From positions 4,480,001 through 4,544,000 of the forward strand of contig OY762428.1 of assembly GCA_963665665.1 (NCBI GenBank): a DNA stretch of 64,000 bases. Reading direction: 5' to 3'. The notes under the pieces are model-generated. The model searched no databases, was not told the DNA's origin, and saw only the letters and a list, made by a program, of their open reading frames with translations. This document shows, piece by piece, positions 1 to 9,810 of this stretch; the first letter of the stretch is position 1; each line of letters opens with the position of its first letter. The position numbers were made by a program, and so were the translations under genes. The DNA comes from Candidatus Kapaibacterium sp. (GTDB taxonomy: Bacteria; Bacteroidota; Ignavibacteria; Kapaibacteriales; UBA2268).

Positions 1-2
1 AT

Positions 3-2114
3 TTTATATATAAGAATGATATTGTTGAGTTTAATACACACCTGGATAATCTTAGATTAAAAGGCCGGGACATTATCAGGAATCAACTGATCAATAAAAA
101 TGGAACATTGATGCCTGTTGAACAAAATTCAGTTATTTTACCTGACGGAATGATTTACACCAGTGCTCGTGATATAACACAGCATATCAGGATGATCGAT
201 GAATTGAAAAAAACCAAACTGGAACTTCAATTTTTAAACCAAGATCTTGAAAAGAAAGTTCAGGAAAGAACAAAAGAAGTACAAATAGCTCTCGAAAAAA
301 TTCAAAAGAGTGAATTATCACTTAGCCATAGTGAGAATCAGTTCAGGTCGCTGATAGAAAATTCCTTACTGGGTGTTCTGATATTTTCCATGCAAAGTCA
401 AAAAGTAACTTATTCAAATCCGGCAATATCAAAAATTCTTGATTTTTCAGAAGATGAATTTAAAGAGAAGTCAATTATTGATATTCACCCCAAAGACAGT
501 CTGAACATTATTAACAGGAAAGTTGATGACCTGTTCAATCATGGAAAAACATCAATTGAGAATATTCGCTGTATTAACAAAAATAAAAAAACTGTTGTGG
601 CAGATCTTAGCCTGGTACTGGCTGATCTTTTTGGGAAGAAAGTTATATTCGGGTTTTATGTTGATGTAACCGAGAAATTAAAAAGTCAGAATGAAACTCT
701 AAAATTGTTCCAGGCTATTGAACAAAGCCCTGCAACTGTTGTTATCACAGATAAAAACGGTATTATAACCTTTGTAAATAAGGCATTTGAAGATAGTACT
801 GGCTATAAAGCCATTGAAGCTATAGGAAGAAACCCACGAATAATAAAATCCGGATTCCACGACAAAGAGTTTTATACTGATATGTGGAAAACGATAAAAT
901 CAGGTAGCACCTGGAAAGGTGATTTGCTTAATAAAAGAAAAAATGGAGAGCTTTTTTGGGAACACTCACATATTTCTCCGATTTACGATATTGACGGCAA
1001 ACTTCAATATTATGTTGCTGTAAAGGAGGATATAACCGTAAAGAAGGAGCAGGAGGAAAAGCTTTTACAGGCTTATGAAGATTTAAAAATTACACACGAC
1101 GAACTTGATAATACTTATAAGGAACTAAAACGAACCCAGACTCAGTTGATCCAGTCAGAAAAAATGGTTGCCCTTGGGCAATTAATTGCCGGAATAGCCC
1201 ACGAAATAAATTCCCCGCTGGGAGCAATAAAATCTCAGAATGAAGCTTTTGTTAGGGATATTGACAACTTCATCAGCGAAATTGTTGCAATTTCTAAATT
1301 AATACCTTCAGATGTATTGAAGGAAATTAATTCTCTAACCAGTAAAAGTTCAATTTCAGAAAACAGCTATGTTTCAGCTCGAGATGAAAGACGGCTGAGA
1401 AAAGAAATTGAACTAGAACTTGAAAAAATGAATATTAAGGATTCAAGGAATATATCGCAATATTTGCTGAATTTATACCAGCCAGAGAAATTATATAAGC
1501 TTCATGCTGTGCTCAATCATAATGAAAGCATCAGAATATTAAAAACCGCCAGAAAGATGTCCAATCTGAAAAGAGGATCGGATATAATTCATGAATCTGT
1601 CGACAGGATAATGAAGCTGGTATTAGCCCTGAAAAGTTATTCTCATCAGGATATCGGAGATGATCCGGTTGAATATAAAATATCTGATGGTATTGAAACA
1701 ATTCTGACACTGTACCATAATAAAATAAAACATAGCATAAAAATTATAAAGAACTTTGAATACCATCTTCCAATTATTTGCTATCCGGACGAATTGAACC
1801 AGGTTTGGAACAATATTATCAGCAATGCGATTCATGCTATGAACTATAATGGAACTTTAACTATAAAAATTTCCAGAGCTGATGATATGGTAGTAGTTAG
1901 CATTAGCGATACAGGCAAGGGGATTTCCGAAGAAAACAAGAAAAAAATATTTGAGCCGTTCTTTACTGATAAGCCGTTGGGCGAAGGAACGGGATTAGGA
2001 CTTGATATTTGTAAGAAAATTATCGAAAAGCATAATGGAAAAATTGATTTTTCTTCGAAGTTAAATGAAGGATCAACTTTTTACGTATATTTGCAAAATA
2101 ATTTTGAGAAATAA
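3..2114 (+). CDS. Multi-PAS sensor histidine kinase, 5'-truncated by the window edge
   Basis: The frame is open from position 3 (FIYKNDIVEF...) into the listed 108..2114 ORF. It has PAS repeats, H-box GQLIAGIAHEINSPL, N-box QVWNNIISNAIHAM and G-boxes DTGKGI/GEGTGLGL. Confidence 0.9.
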   Translation, partial: FIYKNDIVEFNTHLDNLRLKGRDIIRNQLINKNGTLMPVEQNSVILPDGMIYTSARDITQHIRMIDELKKTKLELQFLNQDLEKKVQERTKEVQIALEKIQKSELSLSHSENQFRSLIENSLLGVLIFSMQSQKVTYSNPAISKILDFSEDEFKEKSIIDIHPKDSLNIINRKVDDLFNHGKTSIENIRCINKNKKTVVADLSLVLADLFGKKVIFGFYVDVTEKLKSQNETLKLFQAIEQSPATVVITDKNGIITFVNKAFEDSTGYKAIEAIGRNPRIIKSGFHDKEFYTDMWKTIKSGSTWKGDLLNKRKNGELFWEHSHISPIYDIDGKLQYYVAVKEDITVKKEQEEKLLQAYEDLKITHDELDNTYKELKRTQTQLIQSEKMVALGQLIAGIAHEINSPLGAIKSQNEAFVRDIDNFISEIVAISKLIPSDVLKEINSLTSKSSISENSYVSARDERRLRKEIELELEKMNIKDSRNISQYLLNLYQPEKLYKLHAVLNHNESIRILKTARKMSNLKRGSDIIHESVDRIMKLVLALKSYSHQDIGDDPVEYKISDGIETILTLYHNKIKHSIKIIKNFEYHLPIICYPDELNQVWNNIISNAIHAMNYNGTLTIKISRADDMVVVSISDTGKGISEENKKKIFEPFFTDKPLGEGTGLGLDICKKIIEKHNGKIDFSSKLNEGSTFYVYLQNNFEK

Positions 2115-2118
2115 AAAT

Positions 2119-3627
2119 ATGACAAAATACGCCATAATTTGTGTTGATGATGAAAGAAATGTTCTTGAAAGTTTAAGAAATGAAATTTCTGAAGCATTTG
2201 AAGATAATTATTATGTTGAACTTGCTGAAAATGGCCCTGATGCTTTAGAACTTTTTGATGAATTGATTTCATCCGGATATAAAGTGCCGATAATTATTTC
2301 CGACTACATTATGCCCGAAATGAAGGGGGACGAACTGCTTAGAACAATTCATCAAAAGAATTCAAGGGTAATTAAAATTATGCTTACCGGGCAGGCAGAG
2401 GCTGAAGGTATTGCAAATGCCGTAAATTATGCAAACCTGTATCGTATAATAATGAAACCCTGGAATTACGATGACCTGGTATTTACCCTGAAAAGGGCTA
2501 TGAAAGACTATCTAAAAGATGACCTGATCGAAAAACAATATAAAGAATTACAAAAAAACAGGGAACTTTCTAAGGCATTAAAAAAATACAACTATCAGTT
2601 CAATACTATTTTGGAGCAAAACAGTAAACTATTTGAATTTATTGTTCCTACTTTATTATCTTTGTCAACAACCTTTGAAAAAGGCTACTTTACAAAGCAA
2701 ACTAAATTTCTTACAGAATCTTCATTGAAGATAGCTGATGAAATTGATATGGAAACTTCTGATAGAATATCTCTTGTGATATGCATAATTTTATTGAATA
2801 TGGTATCACAAAATTTTCCTGAGGATATGATCGGCCTTGATCCCAATAATATGGATATTAAAATTGCCGGAAAATTCCTTAAAATTTTTTATAACGAAAT
2901 TGATATATTAACAACTAAAGAAAGCTTAAACAGCTATGCTTTATTACTTGGAGATCTTTGGGAACATCATGATGGCACAGGCCTGCCATTCAGGAAGAGT
3001 GGTAAAGAAATATCGATAGTTCCTCAAATTATTTATCTTTTATACCTTTATCATTCAGGAGTTTACAAAATTCCGGAAGAAAAAATAGATAAAATATTTA
3101 GTAGTGAAGGTGTTTATCAAACCCCGACAGAAACAGCACAGAGGCATAGTGCCACAATAAAATATTTAATAAAAAGTTCTTCTTTTTTTGATACTGATAT
3201 TTTTTCCACGTTTCTGCGTCTTGTCAGGTCCAAAAAAATTCAAAGCCTTACTCCGGATAAGAATTTGATAAAAATTGTTTTCCAGGGTGAAGATTTCAAG
3301 GTTAACAGGTATTCCGTTGGAGAGTTCTCTTACGATGAGAATATGAAAATTGTTGTACCTGTAGAAAAGTTACTTGAAGAAGAAAGAAAAGCAAAAGAAA
3401 AAACACAAGCCGAAGCTAAAAAATCATTACAATCACAGTTATCATTGTCGGACGTAAGAGTTGGTATGATTATGGGGGATAATGTAATGACCAAATTTGG
3501 CAGAGTTGTATTGACGAGAGACACTTTGATAGAAAAAGATCATATTGATGAATTGAATAATCTGATTAGAAATGGATTGCTAAGCGACGTAGTTAAATAT
3601 AAAATATTTATTCCCAGAGAGGTTTAG
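2119..3627 (+). CDS. Response regulator: receiver plus degenerate HD-GYP-like domain
   Basis: ATG at 2119 follows the upstream stop. Receiver motifs are CVDDE, SDYIMP, LTG and KPW. WEHHDGTGLP resembles the HHExxDGxGYP motif. Confidence 0.8.
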   Translation: MTKYAIICVDDERNVLESLRNEISEAFEDNYYVELAENGPDALELFDELISSGYKVPIIISDYIMPEMKGDELLRTIHQKNSRVIKIMLTGQAEAEGIANAVNYANLYRIIMKPWNYDDLVFTLKRAMKDYLKDDLIEKQYKELQKNRELSKALKKYNYQFNTILEQNSKLFEFIVPTLLSLSTTFEKGYFTKQTKFLTESSLKIADEIDMETSDRISLVICIILLNMVSQNFPEDMIGLDPNNMDIKIAGKFLKIFYNEIDILTTKESLNSYALLLGDLWEHHDGTGLPFRKSGKEISIVPQIIYLLYLYHSGVYKIPEEKIDKIFSSEGVYQTPTETAQRHSATIKYLIKSSSFFDTDIFSTFLRLVRSKKIQSLTPDKNLIKIVFQGEDFKVNRYSVGEFSYDENMKIVVPVEKLLEEERKAKEKTQAEAKKSLQSQLSLSDVRVGMIMGDNVMTKFGRVVLTRDTLIEKDHIDELNNLIRNGLLSDVVKYKIFIPREV

Positions 3628-3631
3628 AAAA

Positions 3632-4765
3632 TTGAAAGATCAAATTGCAATATTGTGTGTTGACGATGATATACTGGTATTGAATACTATTAAATCTCTT
3701 TTAGAAGATCAGTTAAGCAGTGACTATATTATATATTCGGCTCTTGACGCTGAAGAAGCAATGGAAGTTATTGACGAAATATTAAATTTGAAATATGATT
3801 TACCTGTTGCTATTGTTGATTATATTATGCCTGGAATTAAAGGCGATAAACTTATGGAAATGATCCATGACAGAAATCCCGGCACTAAAAATATACTACT
3901 TACCGGCCAGGCTACAACAGACGGAATCCAAAATGCAGTCAACAAAGCATCGCTCTATAGATTTATATCAAAACCCTGGGATTATGATGATTTTCTAATG
4001 ACAATCAAAGAAGCAATAAAAACATATTTTTTGGAAATTGAGCTTGAAAATGAGAGGCTGGAGCTGAAGAAAGCTAATGCAGAGTTAAGGAAACTGGATC
4101 AGGCAAAAAGTTATTTTCTTGGGTTAATATCCCATGAGATTAATACTCCCCTTTTCAGTATTTCCGGCTACACTGATTTGATTAAATCTGAATTAGAAGA
4201 TAAAAATATGAAGGAATACATCGAGGATATTGACAAATCAGTAACCAGGCTGAAGCGTTTTGCAGAGTATTCACTTCTTTCAACCCGGCTAATATCCAGG
4301 AAATATGAATTATCTATAACTCCTATAACAGCAAAATCAATAATTGATGTATCTGTTGGTTTATCAACTGATAAGTTAAGCCAAAAAAGCATTAGTCTGG
4401 CAAATGATTGTAAATCTAATGAAACTATTCTTGAAATTGATGAACAACTTATTCCGTTAGCCTTGCGGATAATACTTGAAAATTCAATAAAATTTTCGGG
4501 TTCCGGCGGAATTATTAAATTATCTGATTGCCTTGATAATGCTTATTATTCTCTTACTATTTCAGATAGTGGTTCCGGATTTAATAAGCTAAGCCTGGAG
4601 CATGCATTTGATATTTTTTATACTGATGAACTGATGAATCATCAGGAAGGCCTGGGGCTTGGGTTAGCTTTGGTTAAAATTATTATGGATCAGCATTCCG
4701 GTAAAGTTGAATTGAGAAATAATGAAGAAGGCGGAGCCTCGGTAACATTGCATTTTCCTGTTTGA
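3632..4765 (+). CDS. Hybrid histidine kinase (REC-HisKA-HATPase)
   Basis: Receiver motifs CVDDD, VDYIMP and KPW; H-box ISHEINTPL; ENSIKF, DSGSG and GLGLGL. Confidence 0.9.
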   Translation: MKDQIAILCVDDDILVLNTIKSLLEDQLSSDYIIYSALDAEEAMEVIDEILNLKYDLPVAIVDYIMPGIKGDKLMEMIHDRNPGTKNILLTGQATTDGIQNAVNKASLYRFISKPWDYDDFLMTIKEAIKTYFLEIELENERLELKKANAELRKLDQAKSYFLGLISHEINTPLFSISGYTDLIKSELEDKNMKEYIEDIDKSVTRLKRFAEYSLLSTRLISRKYELSITPITAKSIIDVSVGLSTDKLSQKSISLANDCKSNETILEIDEQLIPLALRIILENSIKFSGSGGIIKLSDCLDNAYYSLTISDSGSGFNKLSLEHAFDIFYTDELMNHQEGLGLGLALVKIIMDQHSGKVELRNNEEGGASVTLHFPV

Positions 4766-6310
4766 TTATTGATTGAATTCATTTTCAAATGGGATTGAAG
4801 CAAAGATCGTGGTGCCTTTTTCAATTTTGCTGTCAATATTGAATTTACCATTGAACTGATTTATTCTTTCTTTCATCCCAAGTATTCCGAAGGAACTTTT
4901 TGACTGTATCTCATCAGGATTGAAACCAATTCCGTCATCGATAATTATAATTTCAATCTCGATATCTCTTTTGATCAATTTTAATTCCACATGTTTTGCC
5001 CCGGCATATTTCAAAATATTGGAAAAGGACTCCTGAATAATTCTGAAAATAGCTAATGATCTTTCTTTGTCAATATTATCATCCTCACAGTTTGTTTCGA
5101 AGTAAATTTTTATTCCGGATTTTTCTTTAAATTGATCAATCAGCCATTTTACAGCTGATTCTATTGGCAAAGCTTCAAGTACCTCCGGCCTTAATTCGGT
5201 AATGATCTTCTTTAGTTTTTTTACACTATTTCGGATTGCATTTCTCATTTTCCTGATTTCTAACAGAATTTCCTCTCTGTTGATATTTTTTTCTTTTGAA
5301 AATAACTCACGTTCAAAATAAGAAAGATTCATATTGAACGCAGAAAGTGTATGCCCCATTTCGTCGTGAAGTTCCCGGGCAAGATTTCTTCTTTCATCTT
5401 CCCTTATTGTCTGTAAATGTACAGCATAGTTTCTGATCTGATCATAGGATGCTTTCAATTGATTTGAAATATTTTTATGCATAGAAATATCATGAATTAC
5501 TCCTATGAGCTTCATTATATTCCCCCCGGAATCAAAAGTAAACTCTGAATTGAAATTATAATAATTAGTATCCTTACCCATTTTTGCAGAACGAAACTCC
5601 AGGGCCCAGTTTGATTTTGTATTGTACATCTCTTTTATCTGTAACAAAACCATTAACCTGTCTTCTTTGTTTACAAATTTTAATAAGTCTCCAATATTTG
5701 TTAATTTTTGATAATCTTTAATTTTAAGCATTGATCTGAAATTTTCTGAAAATGTTAAATTCCTTTCCGAAAAATTCCAAACCATACTGCCAATATCACC
5801 AATTTCCTGTGATTTTTGGAGAATTGATTCTTTTTCAAGTAAATCATTTTCGATTTCTCTCCTTTGCTCAATCTCAATTGAAAGATCATCAAGAAGATTT
5901 AGTGTAGCACTATAATTGTCCTTAAGTTTTTTTTCAGTTTCTTTTAGCTTTGAAATATTTTTCGATTCAATTTTAACAGCCAATAGCTGTCCTGATCTGT
6001 CATAAAGGCTTTTATATGTTGAATCAAACCACAATGTTTGATTGTTTATGTATATTTCTTCTTCAAATTCAAGTACTTTGTTCGATGAAGCCGCATTCTG
6101 AATCCTGTTTAAATAAAATACTCCCATATCTTTACCAAAAACATCAATAACCGAGCGGCCCAAACAATCGGACTTTGATTTTCCAAAATATTCCAGTACT
6201 TTATCATTTAAAAATAAAATTTTACCCTCAACAGAATAAATACCTATGGCATTATCAGTTGAATTTAAAATAGAATAGTAATCAACTTTTATGTTAAAAT
6301 ATTCCCCCAT
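4766..6310 (-). CDS. PAS-domain NarX/UhpB-type (HisKA_3) sensor kinase
   Basis: ERRNLARELHDEMGH H-box, ELRP, IIQESFSNILKYA, DDGIGF and FGILGMKER. The ATG at 6310 has an upstream GAGGG; an alternative TTG start is at 6328. Confidence 0.88.
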   Translation of the reverse strand: MGEYFNIKVDYYSILNSTDNAIGIYSVEGKILFLNDKVLEYFGKSKSDCLGRSVIDVFGKDMGVFYLNRIQNAASSNKVLEFEEEIYINNQTLWFDSTYKSLYDRSGQLLAVKIESKNISKLKETEKKLKDNYSATLNLLDDLSIEIEQRREIENDLLEKESILQKSQEIGDIGSMVWNFSERNLTFSENFRSMLKIKDYQKLTNIGDLLKFVNKEDRLMVLLQIKEMYNTKSNWALEFRSAKMGKDTNYYNFNSEFTFDSGGNIMKLIGVIHDISMHKNISNQLKASYDQIRNYAVHLQTIREDERRNLARELHDEMGHTLSAFNMNLSYFERELFSKEKNINREEILLEIRKMRNAIRNSVKKLKKIITELRPEVLEALPIESAVKWLIDQFKEKSGIKIYFETNCEDDNIDKERSLAIFRIIQESFSNILKYAGAKHVELKLIKRDIEIEIIIIDDGIGFNPDEIQSKSSFGILGMKERINQFNGKFNIDSKIEKGTTIFASIPFENEFNQ

Positions 6311-6331
6311 AATACCCTCTGCTTTCAAGAA

Positions 6332-8506
6332 TTAATCGATAGATGAAATATTATATTTTCTTTCCAAACCCAATTGTTTATTCAATTCATTGATTTCTTT
6401 TTTTAACTGTATCATACGGTTCTCTCTGCCCACCATGAATTTATTCAGCTTTTCAAGTTCATTCATTTTTTGCACCAGTTCATTTTCCATTTTCTTTTGT
6501 TCACTAATATCAATAATCATTCCTACAATTCCTACTATCTCTGCTTTATGATTAAAATACGGAGCTTTATGGAAAATTACTTCTTTCGATTCATTATAAA
6601 ATGTTTGAACTTTAGATTCATAGGTTTGCTTCAGTCTGGTATTATAAATTAACTGATCCATTTCTGAATAAACAGAGGCGTTATCCTTCGGAGAAATTTG
6701 AGCAGCATTTTTGCCAATTAGTTTGTTTCTTTCTAAACCAATAAACTCGCAAAAAGCATTATTCACAATTTGATATGCTCCATTAATGTCTTTATAAAAT
6801 ATTGGGTCTGGTATTGTATCTATCAGATTCTGGAGGAATGTATTCTTTTCTTTTATCGCTATTTCAGATAGTTTTCTTTCAGTAATATCATCAAAAACTA
6901 CGATAATTTCGGAATTAGGTAATTTAAATATTTTGCAATCCAGAAATATATCATCTTCATTCCTGAGAGAAAAGAATTGCGGCGCTCCTGTCAGCCAGCA
7001 GTTCCGTAAATTATCAAAATATTCCTGCTTTTTGAAAAAGTTCAAGGTTTTTTCAACAGATTCTCCTAAGTAGTTTTCTGCAACAGAACCAAGGATTAAG
7101 ATGGCGGAATTATTTAGCTCCTTAACTTTGTACAGTCCTATTTCATTACCGTTATTTTCAACTTCAATTATCATAACTCCACTGATAATTGCATTAACCA
7201 TTTGCCTGTATCTGGCTTCATTTTCCTTGATCACATCAAAGAATCGTGATAATTTCAAAGATATTGCCGCAATATCGCCAAACATTTTAGCAAGTTCCTG
7301 GTCATGCTCATCAAAATCAGAAACCTTATTTGCCAACCCCATTATTCCTACAACATTTTCATCAATCTCCAGTGGGGCAAACATCACATTGTGTAGCGGA
7401 ACATGGCCTTCAGGCATATATTTCTGCCACTTGCTAACAGCAAAATTATTGTCCAGTGCAACTCTCTTTTCAAAATAGGAAATACTCCTTAATCCTCTTA
7501 TCGGCATTGGTAATTCCGGGTCAACAGTGCAATTTTCCCCGCCGTCATCCAGGAAAAGAACTTCATTTTCACTGCCGTCTTTACTTAATAGTGCAATATA
7601 ACCGGCTTTTGCGCCTGTAGCCTCTTTTGCAGTATCGAAAATGATTCTTGCAGCTTTTTGAAATGATAAATTTCGCAGAACGGCCTCGGATGCTTTGAGC
7701 AGAAGTTTCTGTTCTATTTCACCCCTTTTCGACATTTCAAATGCCTTCTCAAAATCATTTTCTGCTTCCACTCTCCTGCTAATATCCCTGCCAATTGAAT
7801 GAATCTCGCTGAGAATACCATCTGTTCTTATTGCTTTATTCGACCATTCTATCCATACTTCTTCACCATTTTTATGAATCAATTGTTGGACAATTACCTG
7901 GCTATCGCTATTGTTTTCTTCAAGCGTGTTAATGATATGTTTTGAATTATCTAACCCAATAATATCAAATGAAATATCAGGGATATCATAGTTATAAAAT
8001 AATTTAAAAACCGGGTTTATAAATTTTATTTCTCCGTTTTTTTTCCATCTCAAAATAAAATCTGGAATATCATCAATCAGCACTTTATATCTTTCTTTGC
8101 TGTCTTCCAATTCCCTGAGAGTTTCTATATGCCTGAAATAAGATTCCACGCGGGATAGTAATTCAAAATTATCAACGGGTTTAAGAAGATACCCGTCTGC
8201 TCCTTCGTGAAATGCACTGCTAATATCTTCTGTCGAGGATTGTAAGGCTGTTATCAATACAACAAATATTTTATTGGTTTGGGGAGATGCTTTTAGGTGT
8301 TTCATTACATCGATACCATTTATCAGCGGCAAATTGATGTCTAAAAGAACTAAATCAGGTTTTTTTTCCTCGCATATTTCTATTGCTTTTTGTCCGTCAG
8401 TAGCAGTTAGAATATTGTATCCATTCTTTTTAAAAAGAAAAGTATAGATGTTTAGCAAATTTTTATCATCATCAACAATGAGCAATGAGAACCGGTTTTT
8501 ATCCAT
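6332..8506 (-). CDS. REC-PAS-GAF-PAS-PAS signalling protein with no catalytic output domain
   Basis: Receiver motifs VDDD, LLDINLP and KP; GAF motif MPEGHVPLHNVMFAPL; PAS motif DTIPDPIFYKD. It ends in a coiled coil, MVGRENRMIQLKKEINEL. Confidence 0.82.
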   Translation of the reverse strand: MDKNRFSLLIVDDDKNLLNIYTFLFKKNGYNILTATDGQKAIEICEEKKPDLVLLDINLPLINGIDVMKHLKASPQTNKIFVVLITALQSSTEDISSAFHEGADGYLLKPVDNFELLSRVESYFRHIETLRELEDSKERYKVLIDDIPDFILRWKKNGEIKFINPVFKLFYNYDIPDISFDIIGLDNSKHIINTLEENNSDSQVIVQQLIHKNGEEVWIEWSNKAIRTDGILSEIHSIGRDISRRVEAENDFEKAFEMSKRGEIEQKLLLKASEAVLRNLSFQKAARIIFDTAKEATGAKAGYIALLSKDGSENEVLFLDDGGENCTVDPELPMPIRGLRSISYFEKRVALDNNFAVSKWQKYMPEGHVPLHNVMFAPLEIDENVVGIMGLANKVSDFDEHDQELAKMFGDIAAISLKLSRFFDVIKENEARYRQMVNAIISGVMIIEVENNGNEIGLYKVKELNNSAILILGSVAENYLGESVEKTLNFFKKQEYFDNLRNCWLTGAPQFFSLRNEDDIFLDCKIFKLPNSEIIVVFDDITERKLSEIAIKEKNTFLQNLIDTIPDPIFYKDINGAYQIVNNAFCEFIGLERNKLIGKNAAQISPKDNASVYSEMDQLIYNTRLKQTYESKVQTFYNESKEVIFHKAPYFNHKAEIVGIVGMIIDISEQKKMENELVQKMNELEKLNKFMVGRENRMIQLKKEINELNKQLGLERKYNISSID

Positions 8507-8640
8507 GTATAACCCGTCTTAATTGTTAATTTATACACAACAAATCCAGACATAAATAGTCAAATATTTTGGAATATCAAAATTATTTTTATAGATTCTT
8601 GTAAATGATTGATTGAAATATTTTTTATTGTAATAATTAC

Positions 8641-9276
8641 ATGATAAAGCTAATAATCGGCGACGACCATTCCTTTATAAGGGAAGGCCTTAAAAGAATT
8701 GTAAATATGGAAACAAACTTTCAATTTGTTGCCGAGGCAGAAAATTCCCGTATGATACGGGAAGCAGTTGCAAAATATGAATTTGATATATTAATTCTTG
8801 ATATTAACTTTCCGGACGCAAACGGGCTTGATTTAATGAAAGACTTGCTTTTAATTTATCCGGAAATTAAAGTAATAATTTTTAGTATGCATCCTGAAGA
8901 GATTTATGCTCTCAGGGCATTGAAGTCAGGTGCCTTCGGGTATCTATCGAAGGAAACCACTGTTGAGGAATTTATTCGTGCAATAAATAAAGTTTATTCA
9001 GGGAAAAAGTATCTTAGCGACTCGATCAAAGATGACATTATCATGGATATAGATAACTATGGATCGAAAAATCTACATGATAATTTAACCAACCGGGAAT
9101 TGGAAGTTTTCTGTAATCTTGCTAAGGGCAGAACACTTAAAGAAATTGGTGAATTATTGAATATTTCGATAAGTACTGTTAACACTTATAAAAAAAGAAT
9201 CTTCGAAAAGATGAACATTTCGTCAAATTTTGAAATCCTTCAATACGCGATTTCCAATAAAATCATTCAAATCTGA
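8641..9276 (+). CDS. NarL/FixJ-family (LuxR-HTH) response regulator
   Basis: DDHSFIREGL and LDINFPD receiver motifs; HTH LTNRELEVFCNLAKG...ISTVNTYKKRIFEKM. Confidence 0.93.
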   Translation: MIKLIIGDDHSFIREGLKRIVNMETNFQFVAEAENSRMIREAVAKYEFDILILDINFPDANGLDLMKDLLLIYPEIKVIIFSMHPEEIYALRALKSGAFGYLSKETTVEEFIRAINKVYSGKKYLSDSIKDDIIMDIDNYGSKNLHDNLTNRELEVFCNLAKGRTLKEIGELLNISISTVNTYKKRIFEKMNISSNFEILQYAISNKIIQI

Positions 9277-9319
9277 TCAGATTAAAAATTTTTAAAGTTA
9301 AAAATTCAATAGCGCTATA

Positions 9320-9336
9320 GTCGAAAATTTTTCGAC
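9320..9336. promoter_or_regulatory. Perfect inverted repeat GTCGAAAA-T-TTTTCGAC, candidate operator upstream of the stressosome operon
   Basis: 8-bp arms seen directly. It is intergenic, about 85 bp upstream of the 9422 start and just downstream of the NarL-type regulator gene. Confidence 0.45.
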
Positions 9337-9421
9337 AGGAATATCATAATTAATACTATTTCAGATATTATCAGAAATTTATATTTAGCAGTTATTGTTA
9401 AGTTGTTAAATAAGGTGAGAT

Positions 9422-9796
9422 ATGAAGATATTAATTGCTGATGATTCTGAGTTTATTCTTGATAATCTTAAGAAATTGTTGAAATCGGTATCGTCAATAA
9501 GTGATATAAAAGTTGCTAAAGATGTTGAAGAAGCAATCAAAAAAATTAATTCCAACGATTTTGATGTTTTGATATTGGATATCAAAATGCCTAAAGGCCA
9601 GGGATTTGATGTTTTGGATGTGGCAAAGAAACAAGAAAAACCGCCGATAGTAATAATGCTGACGAACTTTGATCTGGCACAATACAAGGAAAAGAGTTTT
9701 CAGCATGGAGCTGATTATTTCTTTGATAAATCTACCGAGTTTGAAAGTGTAATCGAAGTGATTGATGACTTAGCAAGCAAAAAGTTAAACAAATAA
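9422..9796 (+). CDS. Single-domain response regulator
   Basis: IADDS, LDIKMP, MLTN and FFDKS; receiver domain only. Confidence 0.9.
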   Translation: MKILIADDSEFILDNLKKLLKSVSSISDIKVAKDVEEAIKKINSNDFDVLILDIKMPKGQGFDVLDVAKKQEKPPIVIMLTNFDLAQYKEKSFQHGADYFFDKSTEFESVIEVIDDLASKKLNK

Positions 9797-9810
9797 TACA
9801 GGAGTTTACT

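Noticed and set aside
4760-4772. Convergent genes with directly abutting stop codons
   Set aside because: This is real but common in compact loci, and nothing else supports antisense regulation.
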